Notes under the pieces: generated by a model
What the model was told of the DNA's origin: nothing
Database searches by the model: none
What the model saw: only the letters and a program-made list of their open reading frames with translations
Shown here: piece after piece, positions 19,923 to 28,626 of the stretch
Numbering within the stretch: position 1 is the stretch's first letter
Layout: each line of letters begins with the position of its first letter
Position numbers and translations under genes: made by a program
Source: a bacterium
GTDB taxonomy: Bacteria; Patescibacteriota; Minisyncoccia; Phycocordibacterales; UBA5272
Assembly: GCA_043771335.1 (NCBI GenBank)
Contig: JAYVHM010000015.1
Span: 1 to 37,199 of the forward strand
Direction of reading: 5' to 3'
Length of the DNA: 37,199 nucleotides

Positions 19923-21014
19923 ATGTCAAAAGATTACTATACATTATTAGGTGTAGACAAAAAAGCTAACAAAGACGAGCTAAAAAAAGCTTTTTATAAA
20001 TTAGCTGCAAAACATCATCCAGATAAAGGGGGTGATGAAGCAAAGTTTAAAGAAGTTAACGAAGCTTATCAGGTCCTTTCTGATGACAAAAAAAGAAAAG
20101 AATATGACATGTACGGTCAGACTTTTAATGGTGCAGGATCAAATGCTGGTGGCCAACAGCAAGGGCAAGGATTCGGAGGATTCAATCCTAATGATTTTCA
20201 GAATATGCAATTTGACATGGATGATATCGGTGATATTTTTGGAGATATGTTCGGAGGCTTTGGAGGATTTGGTGGTGGTCCAAAAGAGAGAAGAGGTCGT
20301 GACATGTCTGTAGATATTGAAATTAATTTTAAAGAGTCGATATTTGGCACAGAGAGAAAGGTTATGATAAACAGAACTTCAAAATGTATAACTTGTAAGT
20401 CTACTGGTGGCGACCTTAACTCTGGAAAAGTAACTTGTACTAAATGTAATGGAAAGGGTAAGATACACGAGATGAAAAGGACCATGTTTGGTAATATGCA
20501 AAGCCAGAGACTGTGCGCAGAGTGTGACGGAGTAGGTCAAGTATACAAAGACAAATGTAAAGATTGTAAAGGGGAAGGAGTTAAGAATGGTAAGTTTGAT
20601 CTTAATATTGCTGTTCCTGCTGGAATAAATAATGGTGAAATGTTAAAGATGACAGAGATGGGTGAGGCTGTGCGTGCTGGTATATCAGGAGATATGTTTA
20701 TAAAAGTTCGCGTGCAAAATGATAAAGTATGGCACAGAGAGAATAATGACTTAGTTATGGATCATAGTATAAAATTAACTGACGCATTACTAGGTATCAA
20801 GCATACCGTAGATGGACTAGATGGAAAAATAGAAGTCATCGTTGAAGGTGGTATTAGTATTGGTGAAGCTATTAGAATACCAGGACGCGGCGTACCATAC
20901 GGACAAAGAAAGCAACGTGGCGACGCTATTATTAATTTAGAAATAGAATTACCAAAAAAACTTTCTAAAAAAGCAAAAGACTTAGTGAAGGAATTGCAAG
21001 AGGAAGGTCTCTAG
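19923..21014 (+). CDS. dnaJ: Chaperone DnaJ
   Basis: J-domain with HPD, G/F-rich linker, four CxxCxxxG repeats. Confidence 0.96.
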   Translation: MSKDYYTLLGVDKKANKDELKKAFYKLAAKHHPDKGGDEAKFKEVNEAYQVLSDDKKRKEYDMYGQTFNGAGSNAGGQQQGQGFGGFNPNDFQNMQFDMDDIGDIFGDMFGGFGGFGGGPKERRGRDMSVDIEINFKESIFGTERKVMINRTSKCITCKSTGGDLNSGKVTCTKCNGKGKIHEMKRTMFGNMQSQRLCAECDGVGQVYKDKCKDCKGEGVKNGKFDLNIAVPAGINNGEMLKMTEMGEAVRAGISGDMFIKVRVQNDKVWHRENNDLVMDHSIKLTDALLGIKHTVDGLDGKIEVIVEGGISIGEAIRIPGRGVPYGQRKQRGDAIINLEIELPKKLSKKAKDLVKELQEEGL

Positions 21015-21035
21015 TTTTTAAAATACTTTATATTA

Positions 21036-21072
21036 TAAATAAAAACACCCCGTAACTTTCGTTATAGGGGTG
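21036..21072 (-). terminator. Intrinsic terminator with minus-strand polarity
   Basis: Minus strand CACCCCTATAAC-GAAA-GTTACGGGGTG-TTTTTATTT. Confidence 0.85.
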
Positions 21073-21248
21073 GCATGCTTTTAAGTCCATGCGTTATGAC
21101 TTTAACCCAGGTTGCGCGCTATGTTAGTCGAGTGAACTGCAAGTTCTTTCGGGCTTGTCTTATGTTGCTGTCCTAGCATTCGCTTTTAGGGTCGTGCCCT
21201 TTTTTTGCTTTCGACAACGGAAGGAATCATCTTCCAAAGCTACTCACT
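21041..21248 (-). ncRNA. Candidate structured non-coding RNA (~205 nt), family unknown
   Basis: GC-elevated interval without a credible ORF, bounded by a strong promoter and a same-strand terminator; several helices can be drawn by hand. Confidence 0.65.
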
Positions 21249-21253
21249 TTTAT

Positions 21254-21281
21254 AGTATAGCAGATACAAATTATTTGTCAA
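21254..21281 (-). promoter_or_regulatory. Sigma70 promoter of candidate ncRNA, divergent from gyrA
   Basis: TTGACA 21281-21276, 16 bp, TGcTATACT (-10 at 21259-21254). Confidence 0.75.
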
Positions 21282-21347
21282 GTGTATTTTATACTTGAAA
21301 AATGTTATAATATTTGTATCAAAAATAAGCTTAATTTATATAGTTAT

Positions 21348-23822
21348 ATGGCAAAATCTAAAAAAGAAGAAGAAAATATTACCCCTCAAGTTGCGGTAGA
21401 AAATGACAGAATAATCAATGCACCAATTGTAGAGGAGATGCGTAAAAGTTATCTAGATTATGCCATGAGTGTTATAACATCTCGCGCACTCCCTGATGCT
21501 CGTGACGGATTAAAGCCGGTACATAGAAGAATATTATACGCCATGAATCAGATAGGTCTCTATCCTACTGCAAAGTTCAGAAAATCTGCAGCAGTGGTTG
21601 GAGAGGTGTTAGGTAAATACCATCCACACGGTGACGCCAGTGTGTATGATGCGATGGTAAAATTAACTCAGGAGTTTTCAACACGTTATCCATTAGTATT
21701 TGGTCAGGGTAACTTTGGCTCAGTTGACGGTGATAATGCTGCGGCTATGCGTTATACTGAGGCAAAGATGAGTAAAGTCGCAATGGAGATGATGCGTGAC
21801 ATTAATAGCGATACTGTAGACATGCGTCCTAATTACGACGGTAGTTATAAAGAGCCAGTAATATTACCAACCATGGTACCAAATCTTCTACTTAACGGAA
21901 CACTTGGTATTGCTGTAGGTATGGCCACAAACATACCTCCACATAACATGAATGAAATATTAGATGCAACTATGCACCTGATTGATAATAAAAATGCGAC
22001 AGCTGAAGATTTGTGTGAATTTGTAAAGGGTCCAGATTTTCCAACCGGAGGACTCGCTTTTAATGAGGCAGATATTCGTCACGCCTCAGCAACTGGTCGT
22101 GGAGGAGTCCTTTGTCGTGGTGAAGCAGAAATAGTAGAAAGCAAAAATGGTCAATTCCAAATCATAATTACAAGTCTGCCTTATCGTGTGAACAAAGCAG
22201 AAATGCAAGAAAAGATAGCAGCGCTTATCAATGACAAAAAAATAGAAGGAATAAAGGGGATACGAGACGAGTCTACTGCTGATGTGCGTGTTGTGATTGA
22301 TTTAAAATCAGGTGCTCAGCCAGAAAAAGTTTTAAATCTTTTGTATAAGTATACAGACCTTGAAACTACTTTTCATTATAACTTAGTAGCTATCGTTGAT
22401 GGTGCACCACAAACTATATCACTCAAGGTTGCTCTAGCAGAGTTCATAAAGCATAGACAAGAAATAGTTAGGAGAAGATGTGAATTTGATTTGAGAAAAG
22501 CGCTAGAACGTGAACATATATTACTTGGTCTTAAAAAAGCTCTTGACCACATTGATGAGATAATAAAGCTAATAAGAGCCAGTAAAGATACTCCAGAAGC
22601 CCACGCGAACTTAATGTCAAAGTTCAAGTTTTCAACATTACAAGCGACAGCAATACTTGAAATGAAATTACAGCGCTTAGCAGGTCTCGAGAGGAAGAAA
22701 ATAGAAGATGAATTAAATGCAGTACAGAAATTAATCGCTGAGCTAAAAGAAATATTAGCCAGCGAAAAGAAAATGCTGAAAATCATCAAAGATGAATTAA
22801 AAGAAATCAAAGAGAAATTTGGAGATGCAAGACGCACAAAAATAGTTAAGCATGGATTAAAAGATTTTAACCCAGAAGATTTGATATCAGAGGAGGACGC
22901 AGTTTTAGTATACACAAAAGGTGGGTATATAAAGAGAACTAATCCGGAAGAATTTAAAACACAAAAGCGTGGAGGTGTTGGTGTTGTTGATCTGGATACA
23001 AAAGAAGAAGATTTTATAACCATGACACTGACTGCTAGCACTCATGCTGATTTACTATTCTTCACAGATAAGGGTAAAGCTTATAAGATAAAGATGTATG
23101 ACATAGCAGAAGGTAAGCGTGCAACCAGAGGTAAAAATGTAATGAATTATTTACAACTTACTGAGAATGAGAAAGTAACTAGCATATTAGAAATACCTAA
23201 AAATGCAAATCATTCAGAGTTGGGTATTATGATGGTGACAAAAATGGGAACAGCTAAAAAGTGTAGCGCTGAAAGTTTTAAAGATGTACGCCGTAGTGGT
23301 ATTATCTCTATTAGACTAGACGAGGGGGATGAGTTGGTTAATACATTATTAGTTAATGCTGGAGATAGTGTTATCTTAACCACTAACAATGGACAAAGCA
23401 TACGCTTTGATCAGGATGATGTGCGTGAGATGGGTCGCACAGCGGGTGGTGTGCGTGGTATGGCCATAGATAAGAGTGACAGCATAGTAGCAGCTGAGAG
23501 CATATTAAAAGGTGATAAAAAATCAAAACTTCTAATCATAACAGAAAATGGTTACGGCAAGATGACACCACTAACCGAATACAAGATACAAAATAGAGGT
23601 GGAAGCGGAATTAAAACTGTAAAAGTCACAGAGAAAACAGGTAAGTTAATAACTGCAAAAGTAATAGAAAATGAAGAGGGTGAAATACTTGCAGTTTCTC
23701 GTCAGTCACAAGTAATTAAGACAGAGGTTAAGACTATCGCTACTAGCGGTCGTGATACCCAAGGCGTTAGGGTTATGAAGTTACGTGACGGAGACAGTAT
23801 TGCAAGTTTATCTTTGTTATAA
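21348..23822 (+). CDS. gyrA: DNA gyrase subunit A
   Basis: [22 protein letters not shown], GyrA-box QKRGGVG. ATG 21348 preferred because TGtTATAAT near 21303-21311 lies within the longer GTG ORF. Confidence 0.97.
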   Translation: MAKSKKEEENITPQVAVENDRIINAPIVEEMRKSYLDYAMSVITSRALPDARDGLKPVHRRILYAMNQIGLYPTAKFRKSAAVVGEVLGKYHPHGDASVYDAMVKLTQEFSTRYPLVFGQGNFGSVDGDNAAAMRYTEAKMSKVAMEMMRDINSDTVDMRPNYDGSYKEPVILPTMVPNLLLNGTLGIAVGMATNIPPHNMNEILDATMHLIDNKNATAEDLCEFVKGPDFPTGGLAFNEADIRHASATGRGGVLCRGEAEIVESKNGQFQIIITSLPYRVNKAEMQEKIAALINDKKIEGIKGIRDESTADVRVVIDLKSGAQPEKVLNLLYKYTDLETTFHYNLVAIVDGAPQTISLKVALAEFIKHRQEIVRRRCEFDLRKALEREHILLGLKKALDHIDEIIKLIRASKDTPEAHANLMSKFKFSTLQATAILEMKLQRLAGLERKKIEDELNAVQKLIAELKEILASEKKMLKIIKDELKEIKEKFGDARRTKIVKHGLKDFNPEDLISEEDAVLVYTKGGYIKRTNPEEFKTQKRGGVGVVDLDTKEEDFITMTLTASTHADLLFFTDKGKAYKIKMYDIAEGKRATRGKNVMNYLQLTENEKVTSILEIPKNANHSELGIMMVTKMGTAKKCSAESFKDVRRSGIISIRLDEGDELVNTLLVNAGDSVILTTNNGQSIRFDQDDVREMGRTAGGVRGMAIDKSDSIVAAESILKGDKKSKLLIITENGYGKMTPLTEYKIQNRGGSGIKTVKVTEKTGKLITAKVIENEEGEILAVSRQSQVIKTEVKTIATSGRDTQGVRVMKLRDGDSIASLSLL

Positions 23823-23841
23823 TTATATTAAAATCCATTAC

Positions 23842-23888
23842 ATAAAATAACTTATAGTGCAAAACGCATTATAAGTTATTTTATTTTA
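23842..23888 (+). terminator. Intrinsic terminator
   Basis: ATAAAATAACTTATAGTGC-aaaac-GCATTATAAGTTATTTTAT. Confidence 0.7.
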
Positions 23889-23914
23889 TGTTATAATTTA
23901 TATAAATAAAACGT

Positions 23915-24442
23915 ATGGCATTCCTATCTCCAAGACAAATGATTGATGAGTTAAATATAAAACCAGGGTCAAATATTACTGATCTCGGATCAGGATCAGG
24001 CGCATACATATACGAAGCGTGTAAGGTTAACAAGATTAATAATCATAATGGTAAAATCTTAGCCATAGACATAGATAAAGTAAAGCTAGACCTGGTTCGT
24101 GATACTGCTAAAGTTGGTGGTTTTATAGTTGAGACAATGATTGCTGACCTCGATAAGAAGTTAATACTTTCTGATTACAGCACAGATTATATTATACTAG
24201 CCAACACTTTATACATGTTAGATAACAGAGAGCAGTTAATAGGAGAGTGTTCACGCATATTGTCTCCATCAGGGTATTTACTTTTTGTGGAGTGGCATGA
24301 GAAGGATAGTTTGCTTGGTCCAACAAAAGACATGAGAGTTAACAAAGAGAACGCTTTGAAGATGTTTAAAGATAATGGTTTTGAGCTTAAAAAAGAGTTA
24401 TCCGCAGGAGATTATCATTATGCATTTATATTTTCAAAATAG
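23915..24442 (+). CDS. Class I SAM-dependent methyltransferase
   Basis: DLGSGSG motif I, AIDID, RILSPSG. Confidence 0.85.
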   Translation: MAFLSPRQMIDELNIKPGSNITDLGSGSGAYIYEACKVNKINNHNGKILAIDIDKVKLDLVRDTAKVGGFIVETMIADLDKKLILSDYSTDYIILANTLYMLDNREQLIGECSRILSPSGYLLFVEWHEKDSLLGPTKDMRVNKENALKMFKDNGFELKKELSAGDYHYAFIFSK

Positions 24443-24459
24443 TCTGCTATAATTATATT

Positions 24460-25836
24460 ATGTTAGATAATATTTTAAAAGACAAATCTCAGCTATTTAA
24501 GACTATTACCATAGTAATCTCTGTTATCATCGGCTTAGTAGCTATACTTATATTTTCTGGTAAATTCCCAGGAGTTGAAAACACAGCTAAGAAAAATACC
24601 AATCAAGTTGTTTTAGAAGTCTGGGGCTCTCTTCCTGATAAAACTTTTCGTGATGCATTAACAGCATATCAGACAGAGGGTAATGATCCAGTCTCTATTA
24701 CTTATCTTAGTTATTCAAAAGATACTCTAACTAAAAAGCTAATAGAAGCTTCTTCTCAAGGAGTTGCTCCTGACCTTGTCTTGGCTCCGTATTCAGAATT
24801 ACTATCTGTTTCTGGTTTGTTGCAGATTATTCCTTACAATTACATGACAGAGCTAGAATATAAAAATATTTTTGTAGATGGAACACATATATTAGCTACG
24901 CCATTTGGGGCTAGTTTTTATCCAGTGCTAATAGATCCTAATATTATGATTTTTAATAAAAAGATTTTATCTGAAAATGGTTTTTCTAATGCGCCAGCTT
25001 TTTGGACAGATTTTCCAAAGTATCAAGACAAGTTAACGACTTATGATAGTAATAATAAACCAGAACAATCAGCTTTTGCTATTGCTGCTAATAATGTTCT
25101 TAACAAAGATTTGATACTATACACACAATTATTACAATTAGATTCAAATCCTGCTAGACCGATATGGGGCAGAGGAGAGAATAACACTATTTCTCTTGAT
25201 TATAATTTGAATATTGGTTTGTCTGGTGCTAATTACAGTGATGTAACTTCTAATTTGTATAAAATTTTAAAATTCCAAACAGCTTTTTCTGACCCACAAA
25301 AAACCAGCTTCACTTGGAGTGAGACTGATAAGCTAGATATAGAAAAGTTTATTTCTGGAAAGCTTGCTATTTATTTTGGTAAAGCCAGTGACATAGATTA
25401 TATAAAATCAAGCAATCCTAATCTAGATCTCGGTCTTTATTTTATGCCACAAATGCAAGATGCAAAATTTCAAAGCGTTTCAGGTGAGATGTTAGGTGTC
25501 GCTGTTACAAAGTCTGCAAAGGATGTTCCTTATGCAGTTAATATGGCACAAATTATTGCCGGTAAGACATTTTCTAGACAATTATCATTATTTACAGGTA
25601 TGGCAGGAGCAAGAAAAGACGTTTTGTATGGTGCAGATGGATCTGAAAGATCTGAAGTTGTGGGTAGAAGTTCATTAGCTATGAAGTTAATATATAATAA
25701 TAATCCAACCGCTATCAAAAATTCTATTTATAAATTATACGACAATGTATTATCGGGCAGGAGAACATTACAGGAGGCTACTGAGATTTTCGGAAAAGAA
25801 TGGGACCATATATATGGTAAGAATAAAGAAATATAA
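24460..25836 (+). CDS. Membrane-anchored extracellular solute-binding protein (family 1-like)
   Basis: N-terminal TM helix, LEVWG, GVAPDLV, FNKKIL..P..W, FISGKLAIYFG. Confidence 0.75.
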   Translation: MLDNILKDKSQLFKTITIVISVIIGLVAILIFSGKFPGVENTAKKNTNQVVLEVWGSLPDKTFRDALTAYQTEGNDPVSITYLSYSKDTLTKKLIEASSQGVAPDLVLAPYSELLSVSGLLQIIPYNYMTELEYKNIFVDGTHILATPFGASFYPVLIDPNIMIFNKKILSENGFSNAPAFWTDFPKYQDKLTTYDSNNKPEQSAFAIAANNVLNKDLILYTQLLQLDSNPARPIWGRGENNTISLDYNLNIGLSGANYSDVTSNLYKILKFQTAFSDPQKTSFTWSETDKLDIEKFISGKLAIYFGKASDIDYIKSSNPNLDLGLYFMPQMQDAKFQSVSGEMLGVAVTKSAKDVPYAVNMAQIIAGKTFSRQLSLFTGMAGARKDVLYGADGSERSEVVGRSSLAMKLIYNNNPTAIKNSIYKLYDNVLSGRRTLQEATEIFGKEWDHIYGKNKEI

Positions 25837-25854
25837 TAAAATTAACAAAAAAAT

Positions 25855-26532
25855 ATGAAAGAAAATACATATAAATTATTAGCTCAGAATACAGAAGGGG
25901 TAAATGGTGAGTTGGTCAGTCTAGTTAGCTGCGGTAATGCTGGTCAGGACCCATGTACGATAGACGACCTTGTGGGTCTTGCTGATAATCTTGGTAATTA
26001 CGTTATATCAGTTATTTTCCCAGCAGTATTTTTTATAGGATTACTTTTTACTATATATCCAATATTAAAAGACCCAACTAATCCTCAAAATCTAAAAGAT
26101 TCAAAAGGTAGGGGTATAAAACTGTTAATAGGTTCTGCTTTTATGCTTGGAGCATATCTATTAGTAAAAGCTGTTCTATCTTCTATCGGTGTTAAAAATC
26201 CTAATATAATAAAAGGAACAGTAGGTATGCAGGATTTTTTAGTGACTCATGCTCATGCAGCTGGTAGCACTTTTAGTAACCCATTAGATGATGTCAGTAT
26301 ACAGAATATAATACTCGGCATTGTGAATATTTTAACCTTTGCAGCATTTATTGGTATAGTTTTGGGATTAGTACGCGGAGTCATGCTTCTCATGCTTGGA
26401 CAGCAGAATCCTGAGTATATAAAGAAGGGTAAACAATGGATAATATACACCCTGTTAGTAGCTGCTATAGTCTTTGGAGCTGAGATGATATATAATATTA
26501 TTAATACTACAGTGACAGGCGTATTAAAATAA
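25855..26532 (+). CDS. TrbC/VirB2-like pilin, two tandem pilin units
   Basis: Two hydrophobic hairpins, each with a charged loop (PQNLKDSK; PEYIKKGK); N-terminal CG..PC pair; internal AHAA..NPL. Confidence 0.7.
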   Translation: MKENTYKLLAQNTEGVNGELVSLVSCGNAGQDPCTIDDLVGLADNLGNYVISVIFPAVFFIGLLFTIYPILKDPTNPQNLKDSKGRGIKLLIGSAFMLGAYLLVKAVLSSIGVKNPNIIKGTVGMQDFLVTHAHAAGSTFSNPLDDVSIQNIILGIVNILTFAAFIGIVLGLVRGVMLLMLGQQNPEYIKKGKQWIIYTLLVAAIVFGAEMIYNIINTTVTGVLK

Positions 26533-26556
26533 TTATTATTAAGAAATAAAATAGCC

Positions 26557-26856
26557 ATGTTAACAAATTTTACAGCCTTTATAAATAGCCTAATCACATT
26601 ACTTAGTGGAGGAGTTGCTACTCTTTTAATGACAGTCGCATTCATTGCTTTCCTGTGGTCTGTAATTAATTATATTTGGAAAAGGAGGAACGGTGATACT
26701 AATGGCTTAGAGCAAGCAAAAACTATACTTTTTAGTTCTGTTTTTGGTTTGTTTGTAATGGTTAGTGTGTGGGGATTAGTTAACTTTCTAGCAACTGGAT
26801 TACTCGGTGCTGATGCCACAAAAAAAACAGTAACAAAGCCACAGACAAAGTTTTAA
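26557..26856 (+). CDS. TrbC/VirB2-like pilin
   Basis: TM - GDTNGLEQAK - TM ending GLFVMVSVWGLVNF. Confidence 0.75.
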   Translation: MLTNFTAFINSLITLLSGGVATLLMTVAFIAFLWSVINYIWKRRNGDTNGLEQAKTILFSSVFGLFVMVSVWGLVNFLATGLLGADATKKTVTKPQTKF

Positions 26857-26878
26857 TAATTAAAAATAATATAAAAAT

Positions 26879-27307
26879 ATGTTAAATAATCTATCGTCAT
26901 TAATAGGGGGAGGAAAAAATATAGCAGTAGGTATAGCTGGTCTTTTATTCACTGTCGCATTTATTGCTTTTGTTTTGTCTGTAATTAATTTTATAGTTAA
27001 GAGAGCAAAAGGTGAAGCTAATGGCTTAGAGCAAGCTAGAAACATGTTATTTGGGGCGGTATTCGGATTATTCATAATGGTAGCAGTGTGGGGTATCACT
27101 AACTTTATAGCTGGGAATCTTGGTATAACTCTTGGGGGTTGTGCTTCAAAACCTAGTCCAATACCAGGTGTTGCAGTGCAAGACGGCTGTAATACTACTG
27201 GAGGTAATTCAAATACCAACACTACCAATAATACTAATGGTCCGATAGATCAAAATGAGATAGATAGGACAGGAGAGGACACTTCTATTATTAATGGTTT
27301 GTTCTAA
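26879..27307 (+). CDS. TrbC/VirB2-like pilin with Cys pair and N/T-rich tail
   Basis: GEANGLEQAR, GLFIMVAVWGITNF; close paralog of 26557-26856. Confidence 0.75.
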   Translation: MLNNLSSLIGGGKNIAVGIAGLLFTVAFIAFVLSVINFIVKRAKGEANGLEQARNMLFGAVFGLFIMVAVWGITNFIAGNLGITLGGCASKPSPIPGVAVQDGCNTTGGNSNTNTTNNTNGPIDQNEIDRTGEDTSIINGLF

Positions 27308-27330
27308 TAATAAAACTAATATAAAATAAT

Positions 27331-27630
27331 ATGCAATCACTTAAAACATTTGTAGATGGATGGACAGACTTTATAGGAACATCGATAGCTGGTCTCTTAT
27401 TAACAGCAGCAACAGCAGTATTTTTTTATGCAGTGGTAAGATTTATCTTAAAGAGATCAAGCGGTGATGCGAAGGGTCTAGAAGATGCAAAGAGTATGCT
27501 TGGCTGGTCCGTTATTGGCCTTACTGTAATGTTTTCTATTTGGGGTATAGTTTCTTTTTTGCAGACTGGTATACTTGGAACCAATAACAAAACTCAGATT
27601 GCAGCACCTAGCGTAAAATCAACTCCTTAA
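27331..27630 (+). CDS. TrbC/VirB2-like pilin
   Basis: GDAKGLEDAK, WSVIGLTVMFSIWGIVSF. Confidence 0.75.
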   Translation: MQSLKTFVDGWTDFIGTSIAGLLLTAATAVFFYAVVRFILKRSSGDAKGLEDAKSMLGWSVIGLTVMFSIWGIVSFLQTGILGTNNKTQIAAPSVKSTP

Positions 27631-27646
27631 TCCTTCATTAAGGAGT
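27622..27646. repeat. Perfect 10-bp inverted repeat over a pilin stop codon (possible terminator)
   Basis: ACTCCTTAAT-ccttc-ATTAAGGAGT; no T-tract. Confidence 0.55.
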
Positions 27647-27669
27647 CGAATATATTGTGCATAAACACA

Positions 27670-27698
27670 TTGCAAGCACACGCTTTAAATCATATAAT
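27670..27698 (+). promoter_or_regulatory. Sigma70 promoter of pilin 27788
   Basis: TTGCAA 27670-27675, 17 bp, TATAAT 27693-27698. Confidence 0.65.
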
Positions 27699-27787
27699 TA
27701 AAGTATATAAGATTTAAAACTTGTATTCATATTTAAAAAAGTATGAAAAGTTAATAGTAATTAAAATTTAAAAATAATAATAAAAAT

Positions 27788-28219
27788 ATGATAAAAAATT
27801 TAAACAGTTTTTTTAAAAAAGGAATCATAGCGGCATCAATGCTTGCTATTGCTGGTTCTGCTTATGCTCAAAACCTTAATGCTCCTATAATACCACCAAC
27901 CTCAGGAGGAAGTAATAGTAGTATTGGAGCCAGTCTACAAAATGTAGTAGCTGGATTTAAAAATATTTCAACAGGAGTATATAGTTCACTAATGGTTGTA
28001 GCTCTTATAGCTTTTTCTTTTGGGGTTATTAAAACTCTAATTTCAAGTAAGCCACAAGATAAGGCTGATGGTCTAAAATCTATAGGATTTGGTATTATTG
28101 CACTGTTTGCACTTGTGGGTGTGTGGGGATTAGTATCATTCCTTTCTGCTAACTTAGGTATTGGAGTTGGAGGTGATATACCAACACCAGGAGTGCCGAC
28201 AGGAGTTAGAACTTACTAA
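27788..28219 (+). CDS. TrbC/VirB2-like pilin with cleavable signal peptide
   Basis: Signal ending AYA-Q; FGIIALFALVGVWGLVSF; IPTPGVP tail. Confidence 0.78.
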   Translation: MIKNLNSFFKKGIIAASMLAIAGSAYAQNLNAPIIPPTSGGSNSSIGASLQNVVAGFKNISTGVYSSLMVVALIAFSFGVIKTLISSKPQDKADGLKSIGFGIIALFALVGVWGLVSFLSANLGIGVGGDIPTPGVPTGVRTY

Positions 28220-28256
28220 TTTTTATTAGTATAAGGATTTAAATAGTTTTTTAAAA

Positions 28257-28289
28257 ATACAAATAAATATTTTAAATATTTATTTGTAT
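28257..28289. repeat. Perfect 16-bp AT-rich inverted repeat with 1-nt spacer
   Basis: ATACAAATAAATATTT-t-AAATATTTATTTGTAT. Confidence 0.75.
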
Positions 28290-28302
28290 GAATTAAAAAA
28301 AT

Positions 28303-28605
28303 ATGAATAAAAATAACGTAACAGGCGTAGTGCAGAATGAAGCAGTGGCAAAAATACAAGATAAGATTTTAACAGAAATAGTTAGTCCGTTACTAGGTCT
28401 TGCTACTGCTGTTGCTTTTGTATTATTTTTATTTGGTATGGTTAGATTTTTAATAGCTAAGTCTAATGGAGAGAGTGAAAAGTTTGAGCAAGGGAAAAAG
28501 CATTTACTTTGGGGCATTGCCGGACTTTTTATTATGTTATCTATTTGGGGTATATTAATTATGATTGCTGGATTTACTGATTCTAACATTTGGTTCGCAA
28601 AGTAG
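28303..28605 (+). CDS. TrbC/VirB2-like pilin
   Basis: AFVLFLFGMVRF, EQGKKHLLWGIAGLFIMLSIWGI. Confidence 0.75.
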   Translation: MNKNNVTGVVQNEAVAKIQDKILTEIVSPLLGLATAVAFVLFLFGMVRFLIAKSNGESEKFEQGKKHLLWGIAGLFIMLSIWGILIMIAGFTDSNIWFAK

Positions 28606-28626
28606 TTTTGTGTTATAATATCTGCT

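Noticed and set aside
21102-21179. 25-codon minus-strand ORF MLGQQHKTSPKELAVHSTNIARNLG inside the candidate ncRNA
   Set aside because: No SD although the cassette genes have one, the start is buried in a stem, and it covers little of the transcript; not fully excluded.
21160-21225. c-di-GMP-I (GEMM) riboswitch resemblance (GAAA loop plus CCUAAA/UAGG)
   Set aside because: Ligand-binding core segments (GGCAAA, GACGCAAAG) are absent and there is no downstream gene on that strand.
19383-27732. Shared TTGTATTCATAT in the leaders of 19461 and 27788
   Set aside because: Very AT-rich, at different distances from the -10; plausible by chance.
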